A stretch of 64,000 bases of DNA from Lepidodermella squamata (taxonomy: Eukaryota; Animalia; Gastrotricha), in contig JBLDXI010000016.1 of the NCBI GenBank assembly GCA_047495785.1, positions 434,001 through 498,000 of the forward strand. Direction: 5' to 3'. Position numbers and translations under genes: made by a program. Positions 36,240 through 48,640 of this stretch are shown in pieces (position 1 is the stretch's first letter; the number at the start of each line of letters is the position of its first letter). The notes under the pieces are model-generated. The model was not told the DNA's origin. It made no database searches and saw only the letters and a list, made by a program, of their open reading frames with translations.

Positions 36240-38029
36240 ATGTTACAAACCTGCGAATTGAGAGTTTTGATCATTTCATCGGCATTTTTTGCTATATCGG
36301 CCCTACCGCAGGGACCGAGGGGTCCAGGGAAGTCTACTACACCAGTTTTGACAACAGTCCCAACTACGCCTGATTCTAAAGCGAATGCTACAACCCCAGC
36401 AGCGCATCGAGTCGATAATTATCCGAATAGCCACAGGACGCATCAAATTATTCATAGCCGGTTTTTCATTCCGATTAGGCCAAATGGCCCGTTACCACCT
36501 CCACCTCCTCCCCCACCACCGCCACCAGTGATCTATCAAGCTATCGATGTTGGGACAATAGTAGATACAGCCTCGAATGAGATCGAAGTTTACGACTCTA
36601 ACGACACAAATCGATTCAACCAAACTCAACATGTTATTATCGATGCGGAGACCATCCTAAATTCTACCCATATTGGGAAGAGCGTGAAACAGTTAGGATT
36701 AGGTCTCAGTGGGCTGGGAGGTCTAGGTTTGTCTGGCCTAGGAGGCGGCAGTAGCCTCGGTAGCCTCGGGGGATATAGCAGTGGTGGTTTGAGTGGGCTT
36801 AGTCTTGGAGGGGGAAGTTATGGGGGACTAGGGGGATACAGTCTCGGTGGTGGAAGCAGCTATGGAGGCTTGGGAGGATACAGCCTGGGAAGCGGTAGTA
36901 GCTATGGTGGATTAAGTGGATTGAGTGGACTAGGTGGATACAGTTTGGGAGGTAGCAGTCTTGGAGGCTTGGGTGGATATAGTTTGGGCAGTGGGAGCAC
37001 CCTCGGAGGCCTAGGTGGATATAGCTTGGGTGGAGGTAGCAGCTATGGAGGATTGGGAGGCTACGGCGGCTCATCACTAGCTGGAGTAAATTCCTACTCA
37101 TCCCAGCCGTATTACAGGTTAGTTATTAAGTATTCTTAAACACAACCGTTTCGCACTTTCGATTTCCTAGCAGTGGTACGACCCTAGTCTCGCCCGTCTA
37201 CACGCAAGTCAGCAGCAGTAGCAGGTAAACATTGGCGCCAAAATCGTAACAAAACCAAAGTGTTATTCTTTGAAAGATCCAGGGTGAATAGCTCGGCAAA
37301 AAATCTATCCAAGATCCGTTATCGATACCCGACCTACCGTTCCTTCGTGAGACCCGCTCCCCTTTACTACCTTTTCAGGTTCAGACCCTAAAATAACCTG
37401 TACCTGCTTTCTAACAATCATCAGACTCTATAAGCAATCAGACATAGCAATATTTGTTCTCTACAGCGGTGGATTGAGTCCTAGTCTATACAGCGGTGGC
37501 TTTGGCGGAGGCTATGGCGGCGGTTATGGCGGTGGATACGGCGGCGGATACGGCGAGTAAGTTTACCCAACCTCCTAACCCCATATATGAGTGCACTTTA
37601 AGATCATGCGACCCGTAACGATCGGGTGGTATAAAACCCCATTTTCGAGGCTTTTACCTCAGCCCTCATATAACTATATTATGCCCTTTTCAGTCCATTA
37701 GCTTCAATCGTACAAGCTCAACTCGGTTTCGGGAGCGGAGGCTACGGTAGCTCGTGAGTAACTCATTGATTACCTTGACTGGCCCTGAGCGTTCATTTGT
37801 TTCAGCGGCTACGGCGGCTACGGCGGAGGCTATAGCAGCGGCTATGGCGGGAGCTACAGTGGAGGAAGCCCAACAATTTACCTTCAGGGGTTAGTTATCA
37901 TTTTCATTCTTGATCCCGTCTGATTTATTGTATTTTCTTGTCAGATTTGGTGGTGGCAGCGGTTTCGGAGGTTCTGGAGGAGGTTTCAGCAACGCTTTCG
38001 GCGGTGGCGGATTATGGCAGCGTAGATAG
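36240..38029 (+). CDS. Secreted Gly/Ser/Tyr-rich structural protein (~416 aa, 6 exons)
   Basis: Signal peptide, poly-Pro, GGYSLGGGSSYGGL repeats. Exons 36240-37117, 37171-37224, 37467-37556, 37694-37753 (PLASIVQAQLGFG), 37806-37889, 37945-38029 splice in frame. TTATAA at about 36171. Confidence 0.85.
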
Positions 38030-39403
38030 GGATAATTAATTAATCTCGTCCGACTTTTTCGCATCCTCGATCGTTCGTGTTCAACACTGCAAAAAACTAA
38101 TTTCCTATATCAGGTTTCAAGCGTCGCATAATGCCAAATTAAGCACCTGTTGTATGAAAAGAATAAAAGGATCAATGAGAGGCTTAATTGTTCAGTGTGT
38201 CATCTTAAAGTCATCGCAACCGGGTTCATCATTTTTTTACATGCACCCGCCTGTCACTGGCTCGAGATCTGCGCACCCTGAGTGGCGAAAGGTTACGTAT
38301 GTCGACGACCCCGCGACTACGTCATGCCATGTTGACTCTGCGCAAGTCAACCGCGTTCAAGCCCACGCACCCGCTGCTGCAGCTGCAGTTTCTTCTTCTT
38401 CTTCGGTCCTTGGATACGTTACGGCGATGCGGCGACAAGATACACGCGGCTATGAAAGAGACGCGCACACTTAACTCGCAGGGTAAACACAGCGAAACAT
38501 CGGCATGTGCAAACACAACGTTTTTTGCTATGCATTAAGGCGGCGGCGTGTTTGCCTTAATGTTGATGATGATAATATAAATAAAGCTTTTTTATGCATG
38601 CGCCACTTGAGCACCTGTGCCAAAATTGGCGCCGAGAATTTTCGACGGGAAGCTGCGCCGCCGCGGCGCCGTGTGAGGAAGCGGAAATTCAAGTCCAAGA
38701 CGCGTCGGGTGCGAAGAGCTTGACGCCAGCTTTTTGCTCTTCACCGCGAATCGGTTGTTTATTAGTGCCTCTCGACGCGAGTAGTTGGCACCTGGTAGTG
38801 CCTATAGTTTTTTTGTCTTGACTATTTTTTTCTACCAACTTGTCATTAGCAGCGGTAATATTGGCGTTGGCTCTCGAGATTTTTTCATACTTGAATCCTC
38901 GACATGAAGCATAAAAGATATTATAACAAAAAAACCGTCGGTTAAAATACCTCGTTTTTTGCCCTGTCACATTGACGCCGACGCGCAATCAACCGACAGC
39001 CGTAGCCACCCGAAAAATCCATACTACCCTAACAACTGAACCCAAGTCTAGCTCACCCTCTACCCTGACCCTAGTCATCCTTGAGTCACCCTACCTTCGC
39101 TAAGTTAGCCTGTTAAATTGGCCCTGGATGCGAAATTTAAGGAGGAATGGGAATTTTAGGCTCGGGGCTCATACGGCACTCAAGTGGCTGGAACAAAGAG
39201 ACTTAGACTATATAAGGAGCCAGAAATCCTGTGCGCAACCACAACGCTAAAAGTTTAAGCTAGAGCGCTATAGCTGAAGGCAAGTCTCCTGCCTAATATT
39301 CATTTATCTCAAATCTCAAATCTCGCTAGATCTTTCTAAGGTTTGCTTGCTTTTCCTATATAGAGACTTAAGTTCTACTTTCGATTCAACGCTCCAGGTC
39401 AAA

Positions 39404-39706
39404 ATGCAGTTCGCCTCGATTGTCTGCTTGCTCTTCGTCGCCGTCGCCGTCGCGAGCGCGGCCCCGTCTGGACTCCAGCAACTCCTACAGCAACAGCCTG
39501 CCGCCCAGCCCGCTGCCCAACCCGCGCAGGTTGAGGGTGAGGCCAATGGACTTAAGACCAAGCACTGGGTTGCCTCTGCCTATCCCTACGGCTACTACCC
39601 ATACGCCTACGACCCGTACTACGCCAACCAGGCCTACCTCGGATCGGTCGTCAAGGCCCAGCTCGGCTACTACCCGTACTACGGCTACTACCCCTACTAC
39701 TACTAA
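39404..39706 (+). CDS. Secreted Tyr-rich small structural protein A (100 aa)
   Basis: Signal, Gln/Pro/Ala spacer, KTK|HW, YPYGYY repeats, QAYLGSVVKAQLG. TATATAA at about 39209; GC-AG 5'UTR intron about 39280-39397. Confidence 0.9.
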   Translation: MQFASIVCLLFVAVAVASAAPSGLQQLLQQQPAAQPAAQPAQVEGEANGLKTKHWVASAYPYGYYPYAYDPYYANQAYLGSVVKAQLGYYPYYGYYPYYY

Positions 39707-40349
39707 ACAAACGATAGCGTAGCCCTATAATATAATCTCAACGCGATTTCATCTCACAACTCAACAATCAAAACGCGGACTTATATTCGTATAAGCGAAC
39801 ATACTGCCTATACTATGATGTGGATGTAAAATTGATGTATTATATATGTTGACGGTTTTGCTTCACTTTTTTCGTTGTATCTCTGGAAATCTTTCGTGGA
39901 GAATTGAACGACAGCGAACAACAACTTGCTTCTCTGATGGATGATATACCCCGTTCTCTCTCTATTCTTTTACTACACTATGCTAGTTTTTTTCTCGACG
40001 CTAATCTCTGAATGGAGGCTGAATGAATAAAGGAGATTGAGACTGGTGATTCATTTCGCGGTTTCTTTACCCTCTACTCAGACCCTAGCCACCTTATAAC
40101 CACCATAATCTTGTTTAATTGGGCTGTTAAATTGGCCCGGAATAAGAAATTGAAGGGGGAATAGGGGGAATAGAAATTTTTTGGGCTGGGGCCAATCAAG
40201 TGCGGCTGGAACTAAGAGAGCAAACGTTTAGGCCCCTGGTTTATATCCATATATCTCAAATCTCAAATCTCGATAGATCTTTCAAAAGTTTGTTTTTCTC
40301 ACTATATAGAGATTTAAGTTCTATTTTCGATTCAACGCTCCACGTCAAA

Positions 40350-40655
40350 ATGCAGTTCGCCTCAATTGTCTGCTTGCTCCTCGTCGCCGTCGCTGTCGCG
40401 AGCGCGGCCCCATCTGGACTCCAGCAACTGCTCCAGCAACAACCGTCCGCCCAGCCCGCCGCTCTGACTGAGCAGGTTGCTGAGGGTGAGACTGGAAACA
40501 AGCCCAAGCACTGGGTTGGCGCTGCCTACCCCTACGGCTACCAGCCATACGCCTACAACCCGTACTACCCCAACCAGGCCTACCTCGGATCGGTCGTCAA
40601 GGCTCAGCTCGGCTACTACCCGTACTACGGCTACGGCTACCCCTACTACTACTAA
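40350..40655 (+). CDS. Secreted Tyr-rich small structural protein B (101 aa), tandem duplicate of A
   Basis: Very similar protein (KPK|HW, QAYLGSVVKAQLG) in a ~1-kb tandem duplication; lacks A's TATA and exon 1, and the acceptor is CAC instead of CAG. Confidence 0.8.
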   Translation: MQFASIVCLLLVAVAVASAAPSGLQQLLQQQPSAQPAALTEQVAEGETGNKPKHWVGAAYPYGYQPYAYNPYYPNQAYLGSVVKAQLGYYPYYGYGYPYYY

Positions 40656-43624
40656 ACCAGCGATAGTCTAGCCCTATTATATAATCTCACAGCGATTTCA
40701 TATCTCACAACTCAATTATCAACAAATGGACTTATATTCGTATAAGCGAACACACTGCCTAATATGAAGTGGATGTAAAATTGATGTATTATATATGTTT
40801 TCGATCGACGGTTTTGCTTCACTTTTGTTTTCTTTTTTTTCGTTGTATCTCTGGAAATCTTTCGTGGAGACTTGAACGACGGACGACAGCGAACAACAAC
40901 TTCTCTGATGGATGATATACCCCGTTCTCTCTCTATTCTTTTACTGCACTAGTTTTTTTCTCGAGGCTAATCTCTGAACGGAGGCTGAATGAATAAAGAG
41001 ATTGCTACTGGTGAATCATTTCGCGGTTTTTAATTAGAAAAGCGGTATTTTAAGACATTTGGTTGAGGAACTAAGAAACAGCAGTCAATCTAGAAAATGT
41101 CGGAGAAGCACTTCGTGTCACCCAGCAGCCATGATCTCAAACTTGGGTAATGCACTCTTGGAGGGCTGAAAAAAGCACCGGGATGCGATAGAGAATGTTC
41201 CAGGGTAGGAGTATACATTTTCATATCTTTTTTGCACGCCGACCGCAAATGCACTTCCTTTTTGATGCATCGCCACCACTGCCGCGTCAGGATTTCGAGG
41301 GTAGCGCCGTAACGTAGTCCTTAATGGATAGGCCGAGTATACGCTGCCTGTTATACATAGGTATCCCAGTTATTTAGGGCTGCTGGGTAGCAGCAAGGAA
41401 ATTCAGAAACAAAAATCTGGCATACATATCCCGAATCCAGCACTCTATCATCAGCCTTACCTTTTTATGACTTTTTCTAAAACGCGCCGGTAATTTTGGT
41501 GAATGAGATGAAGATGAAACTAAAAAGTTGATAAATATAAGGCATTTAATTTGAACGGTGTAGACTGGCAGGCTATCGTTCTATGGTGTCTTTTGGTCTG
41601 TTTTCTTGGCAATATTTCGGAAGTTCGCCTTGGAAGTGCCTTTCCAATTTCTGGCATGCAGCATTCATTGCAATACTCTATTTCGAATTTCGATTGGTCA
41701 AGTTCAACGCCCCAGAACTTACCGCCAAGGCCATCAGGTATTCTGATAAATAAATTTAAAAATGGCGAATTCTTCACACTCAAGTTTGTTGGCTGAAAAT
41801 CCTCAAACATGTGTCTGAGTAAAACTGCAATCATTCATCAGTCACGGTTGTTTGTCTAGTAAGTAGCTTTATTACGTCGAGAAAACATGCATTCAAAAAA
41901 GCCACAGTTACTAGTAGTTGGTCTAATACGGACCCAGTCCTTTTCATAACGGTACCGATTTGACCATCAATTTTTAAGGCAGTATTTGAAGACGAAAGAA
42001 AAAAGTCAGGACTAAGAACATAACATATTTTGCGTTAAGCCGGACTCGATCCGAGCCAGAAGATTTAGTCCGGCTTAAGGAAAGTCCGCTTTATTGCCGG
42101 ACTGTCCCGGTTAAAAAACAGTGCATTCCTTTACAAATTATTCAAGAATATAAACGCTATAAAGTAATAAGCTATTTGGGTGTGTAAAAAGTTAGATTAT
42201 CGAGCAGGAATTAAGGTTTTGCATCAAGAGCGAACTGTTATTTTTCAAGACTGCGATCATTTTTGCTATGGAAGCTACCTAAAAACGGCGTGGAGAGTGG
42301 AGAGGCTGTTTATGCGCTCTAGATGAAAACTTTGCTCTAAGCAACCATTTGCATTTAAAATTTAAAACGTTTCTCCGCGGCACGAGCCAAACAAATTGGT
42401 CCAGCTAAGCGCAAGTACCGCTTATCGCAAAACTCTACTGTATTCAATGCAGATGGGAAGCGCAGTTGTGAAAGCCGCCATTTTCAGATCAAGCTGGTGG
42501 CTCAAAGCTCTTAACTATTCACTCCTAAAATGCCCACGACTGTTGCCTCCTCTAGCGTTAACGAAATTGGTTCCCGAAGGTCATATTAACTGGGTGCTAA
42601 CTAGTATCATTCACGATACTCAAGAAACCCTGTAATTTTAGGCGGTGAGTTTCCAACCGATTGAGGAATTAATGCTTAGTATCTGGAGAGGCGTAAAAGC
42701 TAATAATCGCGTCAGGGTGAAAATGCTGATCTGAAATCAGCCTAAAAGAAATAAATGATCCGCGAATTCTAAAAAACGCGAAAAAAATGAATTGGGAATC
42801 TGCACTCCGGCTGAGCTTTGAACTGGATATTCTCAATTCTCAATTCATCCGACGCTGCAAGTACAAGACACTTTCGTCACTTAGTTCGCAGAATGTGAAG
42901 ATGATGACGAGGGCACATCCGAAACCAGGGCAATTCACTTTTCCCCGCATGCACTGCTTAAATCTTTCCAGAAGAAATCGCCGCAATGTAAAAAAGGAAA
43001 TGGACACATTGTAAAGCGCACTATGAAACACCTTTATGTGGCAAGAACTGAGGAGCAGTCCAGCAGCCCTGAAGTGGTCAGTGTCCATTTAGGCATGCAA
43101 CCGTGACTCCGCGGTGTGATAATTGACACGTACGTCGCAGGGGCAGCCCAAGTACTCTTGAGACGCAGCCCTTTAACGCATGTAACGTAAGACGAAAAAA
43201 CCGGCCAAGCTAACTCAGAAATGGCTACTTAATCGGCTACTACCGTATTGTCCCGAATAAAGGCCATTCCTCAAAAAAAGGAATTTTTCAACTTTAAAAT
43301 TACTAAAAATTGCCAAATCTAATTAGATGCTATCATACCATGAAAAGCGGAATCCTAATCTTCGCAACTTGGATTTTTGGATTGATAAGACTAAGAGAGT
43401 TCAGGATGTGTCACGGTCCAATTAACGGATCTACCATGGTCAGTTTGAGCAAACATGCACCCTGGCACTATAAATTGGCGCAAAAATCGGTTCAAAAAAC
43501 AGTTTGCTTCACTATTTGTTTTTGCAACAACTCTGATATCTTCCTGCTGCTGAGGTAAGTTTGCCAGCCGTTATTGCCTTGCCCAGTGTTTCCAAGATTA
43601 AAGTTCTATAGGTCGACACATAAA

Positions 43625-44023
43625 ATGAAGGCGGTTATCGGCATTGCTTTCCTGTTCTCTGTTGCGTTCGCAGCTCCGGTTGATAAGGTCGAAAAATCCG
43701 TGGTTACCCCACCAACTCCAGCGCCTACAGCACCGCTGGCCCCGGAGAACAAGCAGGTTGTCGTTGATAAGAAGAACGAAATCAAGCCCAAGTCATGGGT
43801 TGCCGGTTCGTGGCGCGCCTACATCCCCGACCCGCCAATCATCGTCCAGCCGCCCGTTGTCATTCAGGAGCCAATCTTCCCGATCATGCCCGACCTGCCT
43901 CTGTACCCTGAGCCGTTCTACCCGGCCTACCCAGCCTACCAGTACGAACAGGCCTATCTCGGCGCTCTCGTCAGGGCTCAACTCGGCTTCGGCTGGGCGA
44001 ATGGCTATGGACCGTGGTGGTAA
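43625..44023 (+). CDS. Secreted Pro/Tyr-rich small structural protein C (132 aa)
   Basis: Signal MKAVIGIAFLFSVAFA, KPK|SW, YPAYPAY, QAYLGALVRAQLG. TATAAA at 43469, 5'UTR intron 43556-43611, AATAAA at about 44124. Confidence 0.9.
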   Translation: MKAVIGIAFLFSVAFAAPVDKVEKSVVTPPTPAPTAPLAPENKQVVVDKKNEIKPKSWVAGSWRAYIPDPPIIVQPPVVIQEPIFPIMPDLPLYPEPFYPAYPAYQYEQAYLGALVRAQLGFGWANGYGPWW

Positions 44024-44569
44024 GGTGCGACAGTTGTAGTGGCTCCAAATGACTCATCATCTGATCAACTTTTGACTTTCATCATGTCCTATTGATATTA
44101 GCGTAGTCGTCCTTTTCAGGGAGAATAAAATAGAATTATTTCTTCATTTATGGAGATGAAATTCAAGTGTCAAGTTTTTACATGAGGGTATGAACGTCAA
44201 TTTCGAAAGAAATTATGAACATCTGGACCTGAATCAGGGGAATCATGGTTCTTGGAGGGCTTTCACCTAGTTTTTAGTTTTTAGGTACAAATCGGGTAAT
44301 TCTTAACCAAACTCGCTCGAAGTTTCAGATCGGGGGATATTTCAGTTCAATACGATACTTTTATTAGCAATTCAGTTTTATCAGTTGAATGTAATAATTG
44401 TCTTCGAAATCGATAAAGACAGCGAACGAGCAAGTAATTAATTATTATAAATTATTTTAGTAAGTGAGAAACACCATAAAGTAAACATGCAGCTGGACAA
44501 CGGTTAGAAGACATTTTTAAAGTGATTGGCGAAATTTGTTACCGCCGATGGCTTTTTCAATCAAAATAA

Positions 44570-46552
44570 TTATTGAACTTCCAGTGTTTCTTGAAAGTAT
44601 GATCCAGATTTGGTCCAAATGTCGCCTGCAGCGAGCCTTCGCAACTCAAGTGGATAGATTCCAAGCTTGTTTGACCCATCAATGTTGTAGTATCGGCCAT
44701 GCAAGCCATCGATCACCGTCGCATTGGCCGCATCGGCAAATAACGTTGAAACCGAGGTTGTCTTCACATCAGAAATTGTTCGATTTTCTGAAAAAATTAA
44801 GAAAAAATTACAAATGAGCCTAAAATTTCATGGGAACGAGCATGGATGAAATCATATTCAGGAAGAATTGTTTTTCTTATATTTTTACCCATGTGAAGTA
44901 GATTTTGTCGTGATTGTTTACGTTTTTAAGAAGTTGAAAAATTCTAGAACTTCCATAACTAAAAAATGATCACCTTGCGCAAGTCGATTCGCTATATTTC
45001 CGAGAATTTTCCCTGTGTATAGCACCAGGTCGTAGCATCGTGTAGGCGGATTCATTTTGATGGCAGAATCGTCGTGCAAGTCAGCAATTTTCGCCTTCAT
45101 CACTTGATCAAACTCAGCCGCCGAAAGCTGCGTAGAATCCGCGTAATTAGGCGGCGATACAGTCAAAATTGGCACCTCCGAAATCGAAACGAGAGACGCA
45201 TTCAAAACTTGTCTCACGGCAGCAAAGGGACATAATCTTTCAGAATAATCTAAATCTTCCGCCAATTCAGCGTCTACGGCTAGAATTGTGACATTGGGCC
45301 CGAAAAGTCGATAGTGGAAAAGCCGACAAAATGCATTGTAGAGTGAAGGCATGTTCAGAATAATCAAATTAGGATTCTGCAGCTGCAAAGCTTCGCCGTA
45401 ATTGTCAGAATTTGTTTGGCCCAATATGTAATATCGCTGTGCTGTCAAGTTGCGATTCGAAAATTGTTCAATCAAGGAAGCTTCAAGCTGAAATTAAAAA
45501 AAAATGTCATCATTCGATTTTGGAAATGTCGAAATCGAACAACTTCAATTATGTGAATTAACAAATAATATTAAGATAAATGGATGATATTTACGTCTCT
45601 GTATGCAGCTACTGAAGAATCAGTGACAACAGCGATGTTAAGGTCTGTTTCTGTTACGTTTTGCGTCGATAACAATCTATCTACGAATTGGGCCATGGCC
45701 ATAACAGTGTAATCGTTTGCACGAGGCACCAGAGCGAACACATTATCCAAGCGATCATTTCCGCTATTTTCTGCAGCCGAAGCGTAGTAGCTGACCTAAA
45801 TTACAAGAGAATAAGTAGTTTGTTTTCGATCGAAATTAACGAGACTTGCCATGGTTATATTGTTAGTTGAAGCGATGACTGCAAGAGTGTTACGCGCTGC
45901 TGATTGCAAACAGTTGCCCAAGTTCAGATGAATAGGTAAGCGATTAAGGTGATCAGGCGGTGAACTCCATGTCTTCAACGTCTTCGAAATTGCCACGGAG
46001 TCTTGGCACTGAAACGCAAATAATGCCAATAACAATAAAAAAGGCACTGTATCTCCCGAAATGTGACTCTCCTAGTTCCGAGTTGCCTAATCACTCTCTT
46101 ATTATATTTCCTTAGGAGCATACCGAAATAATAGCATAATAGCATAGGTATGCTTCTAAGGAATGAAAAAATATTAAGATTCCGATAAGCCAGCCTAACT
46201 GACAACCTTCTTAATTTCTTCGTAATATTACCGAATCATCCAACAACTCCAGCCGCAGTTCATAGCCAGGCAGCCACATCGGGTCCATGTGCAATCGTTC
46301 GAGGGCGATTTCCATAGCTTTCGTGCACAGTGGACCGGCAGGTTTGCTTGTGAACCAAGGCCTGTAGGTTACAGCCGCTGTCATTGTCACAACTTTTCTC
46401 CTGTTGCTTGGCGGCTTTAAAACGTGCTGCTGCAGCGTATCGTCCATCGGGCTGTACGTTCTGACTGGCGTAGCACTCTGGTTGTAACTGTGAACGAATC
46501 CGAAGAAATACGGCAGACAACCGCTGGTTATTGCAATCAATAAAATATTCAT
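44570..46552 (-). CDS. Soluble GABA-B/class C-like Venus-flytrap protein, copy 1 (~470 aa, no TM domain)
   Basis: Exons 46552-46232, 46008-45850 (GC donor), 45795-45595, 45487-44974, 44787-44570 splice in frame. Motifs EIALERL...LPGYELRLELLD..C, NPNLIIL...FC.L...LFGP, QLSAAEF, CYDLVL. Hydrophobic N-terminus; stop after LEVQ. Confidence 0.8.
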
Positions 46553-48399
46553 TTTATACTGCAATTTTCCTGTCCACTGAATGAAACAGAACAAATACAT
46601 TTTAGTTTCTAAAGCTGGACGAAGCGTGACTTGTTGGGGCATTGCATTTAACCTAGGTACTAGGTATATATTCTGGTTACAATAGCGATGAATGCGGGTC
46701 AAAGTAATAAAACTAAGCCAACTGAGCAATTTGTGTAGTGTTAAATTCGATATCATCAGAGAATTTGACATCAACGATTTGATGAAATTGTTACAAAATG
46801 AAAAATGAAGCGAGAATTCAGCAATTTTCATATATTTTCCCGTCGCCGGTATATAACGAAATTAAACAATGCTAATAGCAGGAGACTACATAAACAATGC
46901 TGAATTCTTGCTCTATTTTAGTGCCCAAGTATTTCACCTAATTTTTTCTGACTTGGCTATGTAACATGTAATGCAGGCGGCACACGTAGCATAATATAGC
47001 ATGATAGCATGGTGATATACGATACGCCAAAAGACAGCTACAAGTGGCAGCAATTTAGGCAGCACACACAGGTAAGCGCGAATGACAGGTATTATTGCAT
47101 TATAATGCATGTCAGACATGATAGGGGACATATTTTAAAATACGCAATGTCTATTCCTACCTAATTTCTGAAATCAATAACGTGATATGGTCCCACTTGC
47201 GTAATGCCCAATTGCACTTGCATTTAATTGAAAAATTAGGTCAACAAATAGCGCAAGTGGGACATTCCAATATATTCTCAATTTGCATCCGATCAGTATA
47301 ATTCGTTGCACGCATTCGCGCGACTATAATGTCTATCATCCCCCAAAAAACCATGTATAGCCCCCTACGGAGTCGCAAAGCTGCATAATCTAATTTCAGT
47401 TCCGGGAGGTTTACTTGAAAACTTTGGGTGAATTTCGAAATTCAGCTATTATGGCTCTCACTTCGATGCGTCTACCTGTAAAGTTTCATAATGCTATCGT
47501 CAAATTTCGAATTTCCACGCTATGCTGAAACATCGCGTACATACTATGTACGAATTGCAAATTTCGCTATTAGTTATCTACGAATAACTTGACCCTTGAA
47601 AAAAAACAAATTTATTTGGATGATGGCGATTAAGAAGACCGAAAGCCCGAAAGCCTTAGGTTTTTACATGGAAAAATCTTTCATCCGCTGCTTGAGCCTG
47701 AGCTTCTCGTAATTACGGGGAGAATTCTTAAAAGAAAACACCCTGAGCGAGTGTAGCAGAATTACCCACACCGGCACGAAATAAGCTGAAATGTGCTGGC
47801 ATTGATTTGAGCCGCTGAAATACGCCGAAATAAGGCATGGTGGGCTGTTAATCACTGAAATAACATTCAAGACCCACGAGACCCACGTAAACCACTATTG
47901 AGCCACGACTCGGTCACTTGCAGCGCTGGAACTTTGATCACCATGAGCGCAGCTGCCACCTCGAGCTCCCAGAGCCTCGACTTGCAGCGCTAAAGATATC
48001 AGACGATTGGCTGAATAAATGGATCAACGCGACTTTCACGGAGGGAAGGACGATTTCGGAATTTCGACTTTGAATTCGGAGAAAATTGAATTTGATGAAT
48101 TCTTGATCGCCCTTTTGAGGTATATTGCTTTTCAATGTTGGCTACGATGATTTGGGACCAGGACACCGTTATATTGCATAAATTGTTTCGAGTTGGAAAT
48201 TAAAAAAAGAAGATGCTACTGAAATTCAATCAAATTTGATAGATAAAGAGAAACGGGTTTTAAAAAACGTGTTCACGGCCTTTCAAAACCCCTAAAACTG
48301 CTGTCAAATATTTTTTCCACCGTGGATAACTAATTCCGCCAGCATAAAAAGGGTTAAAGTTATGATGATTCGGCATTATGTTAAACTGGGAAAATGGAG

Positions 48400-48640
48400 T
48401 AAAAATCAATTAGACAACGGCTATTTAAAACTTGGTGAGTCTTAAAACTGTTAAGAAAACAATTGTTAATATATTCATCATTGAACTGCCAACACTCCTT
48501 GGCAGTAGAATCCGTTTGCATGTTCCGTTTGCAGCGAGCCTCCACAACTCTAAATTCCAAGCTTGTTTGACCCATAGATGTTGTAGTATCGGCCATGCAG
48601 GCCGTCAATCATCGTCACATTCGACGTATCAGATAATATT
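48400..48640 (-). pseudogene. Orphan last exon and 3'UTR of a further VFT copy
   Basis: GLHGRYYNIYGSNKLGI*SCG...GVLAVQ* homologous to exon 5, disrupted and truncated at about 48640 by unrelated sequence. Confidence 0.85.

Larger units (their letters stand above)
39050..41030 (+). repeat. ~1-kb tandem segmental duplication containing genes A and B
   Basis: Upstream (CTGTTAAATTGGCCC), CDS and 3'UTR (GACTTATATTCGTATAAGCGAAC...GAATGAATAAA) sequences repeat at a spacing of about 950-1020 bp. Confidence 0.9.

Noticed and set aside
34093-37101. Antisense and alternative-frame ORFs over the low-complexity genes (similar ones overlie Gag-Pol)
   Set aside because: Expected shadows of GC-rich or repetitive coding sequence.
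38154-39005. GC-rich stretch with several overlapping short ORFs and weak inverted similarity (about 38313 vs 38975-39006)
   Set aside because: No convincing TIR, TSD or protein motif; possibly an old TE relic, but not supportable.
41090-43300. Scattered 60-100-aa ORFs between structural genes B and C
   Set aside because: No consistent exon chain or motif; 41930-42110 only weakly resembles the 8840 MITE family.
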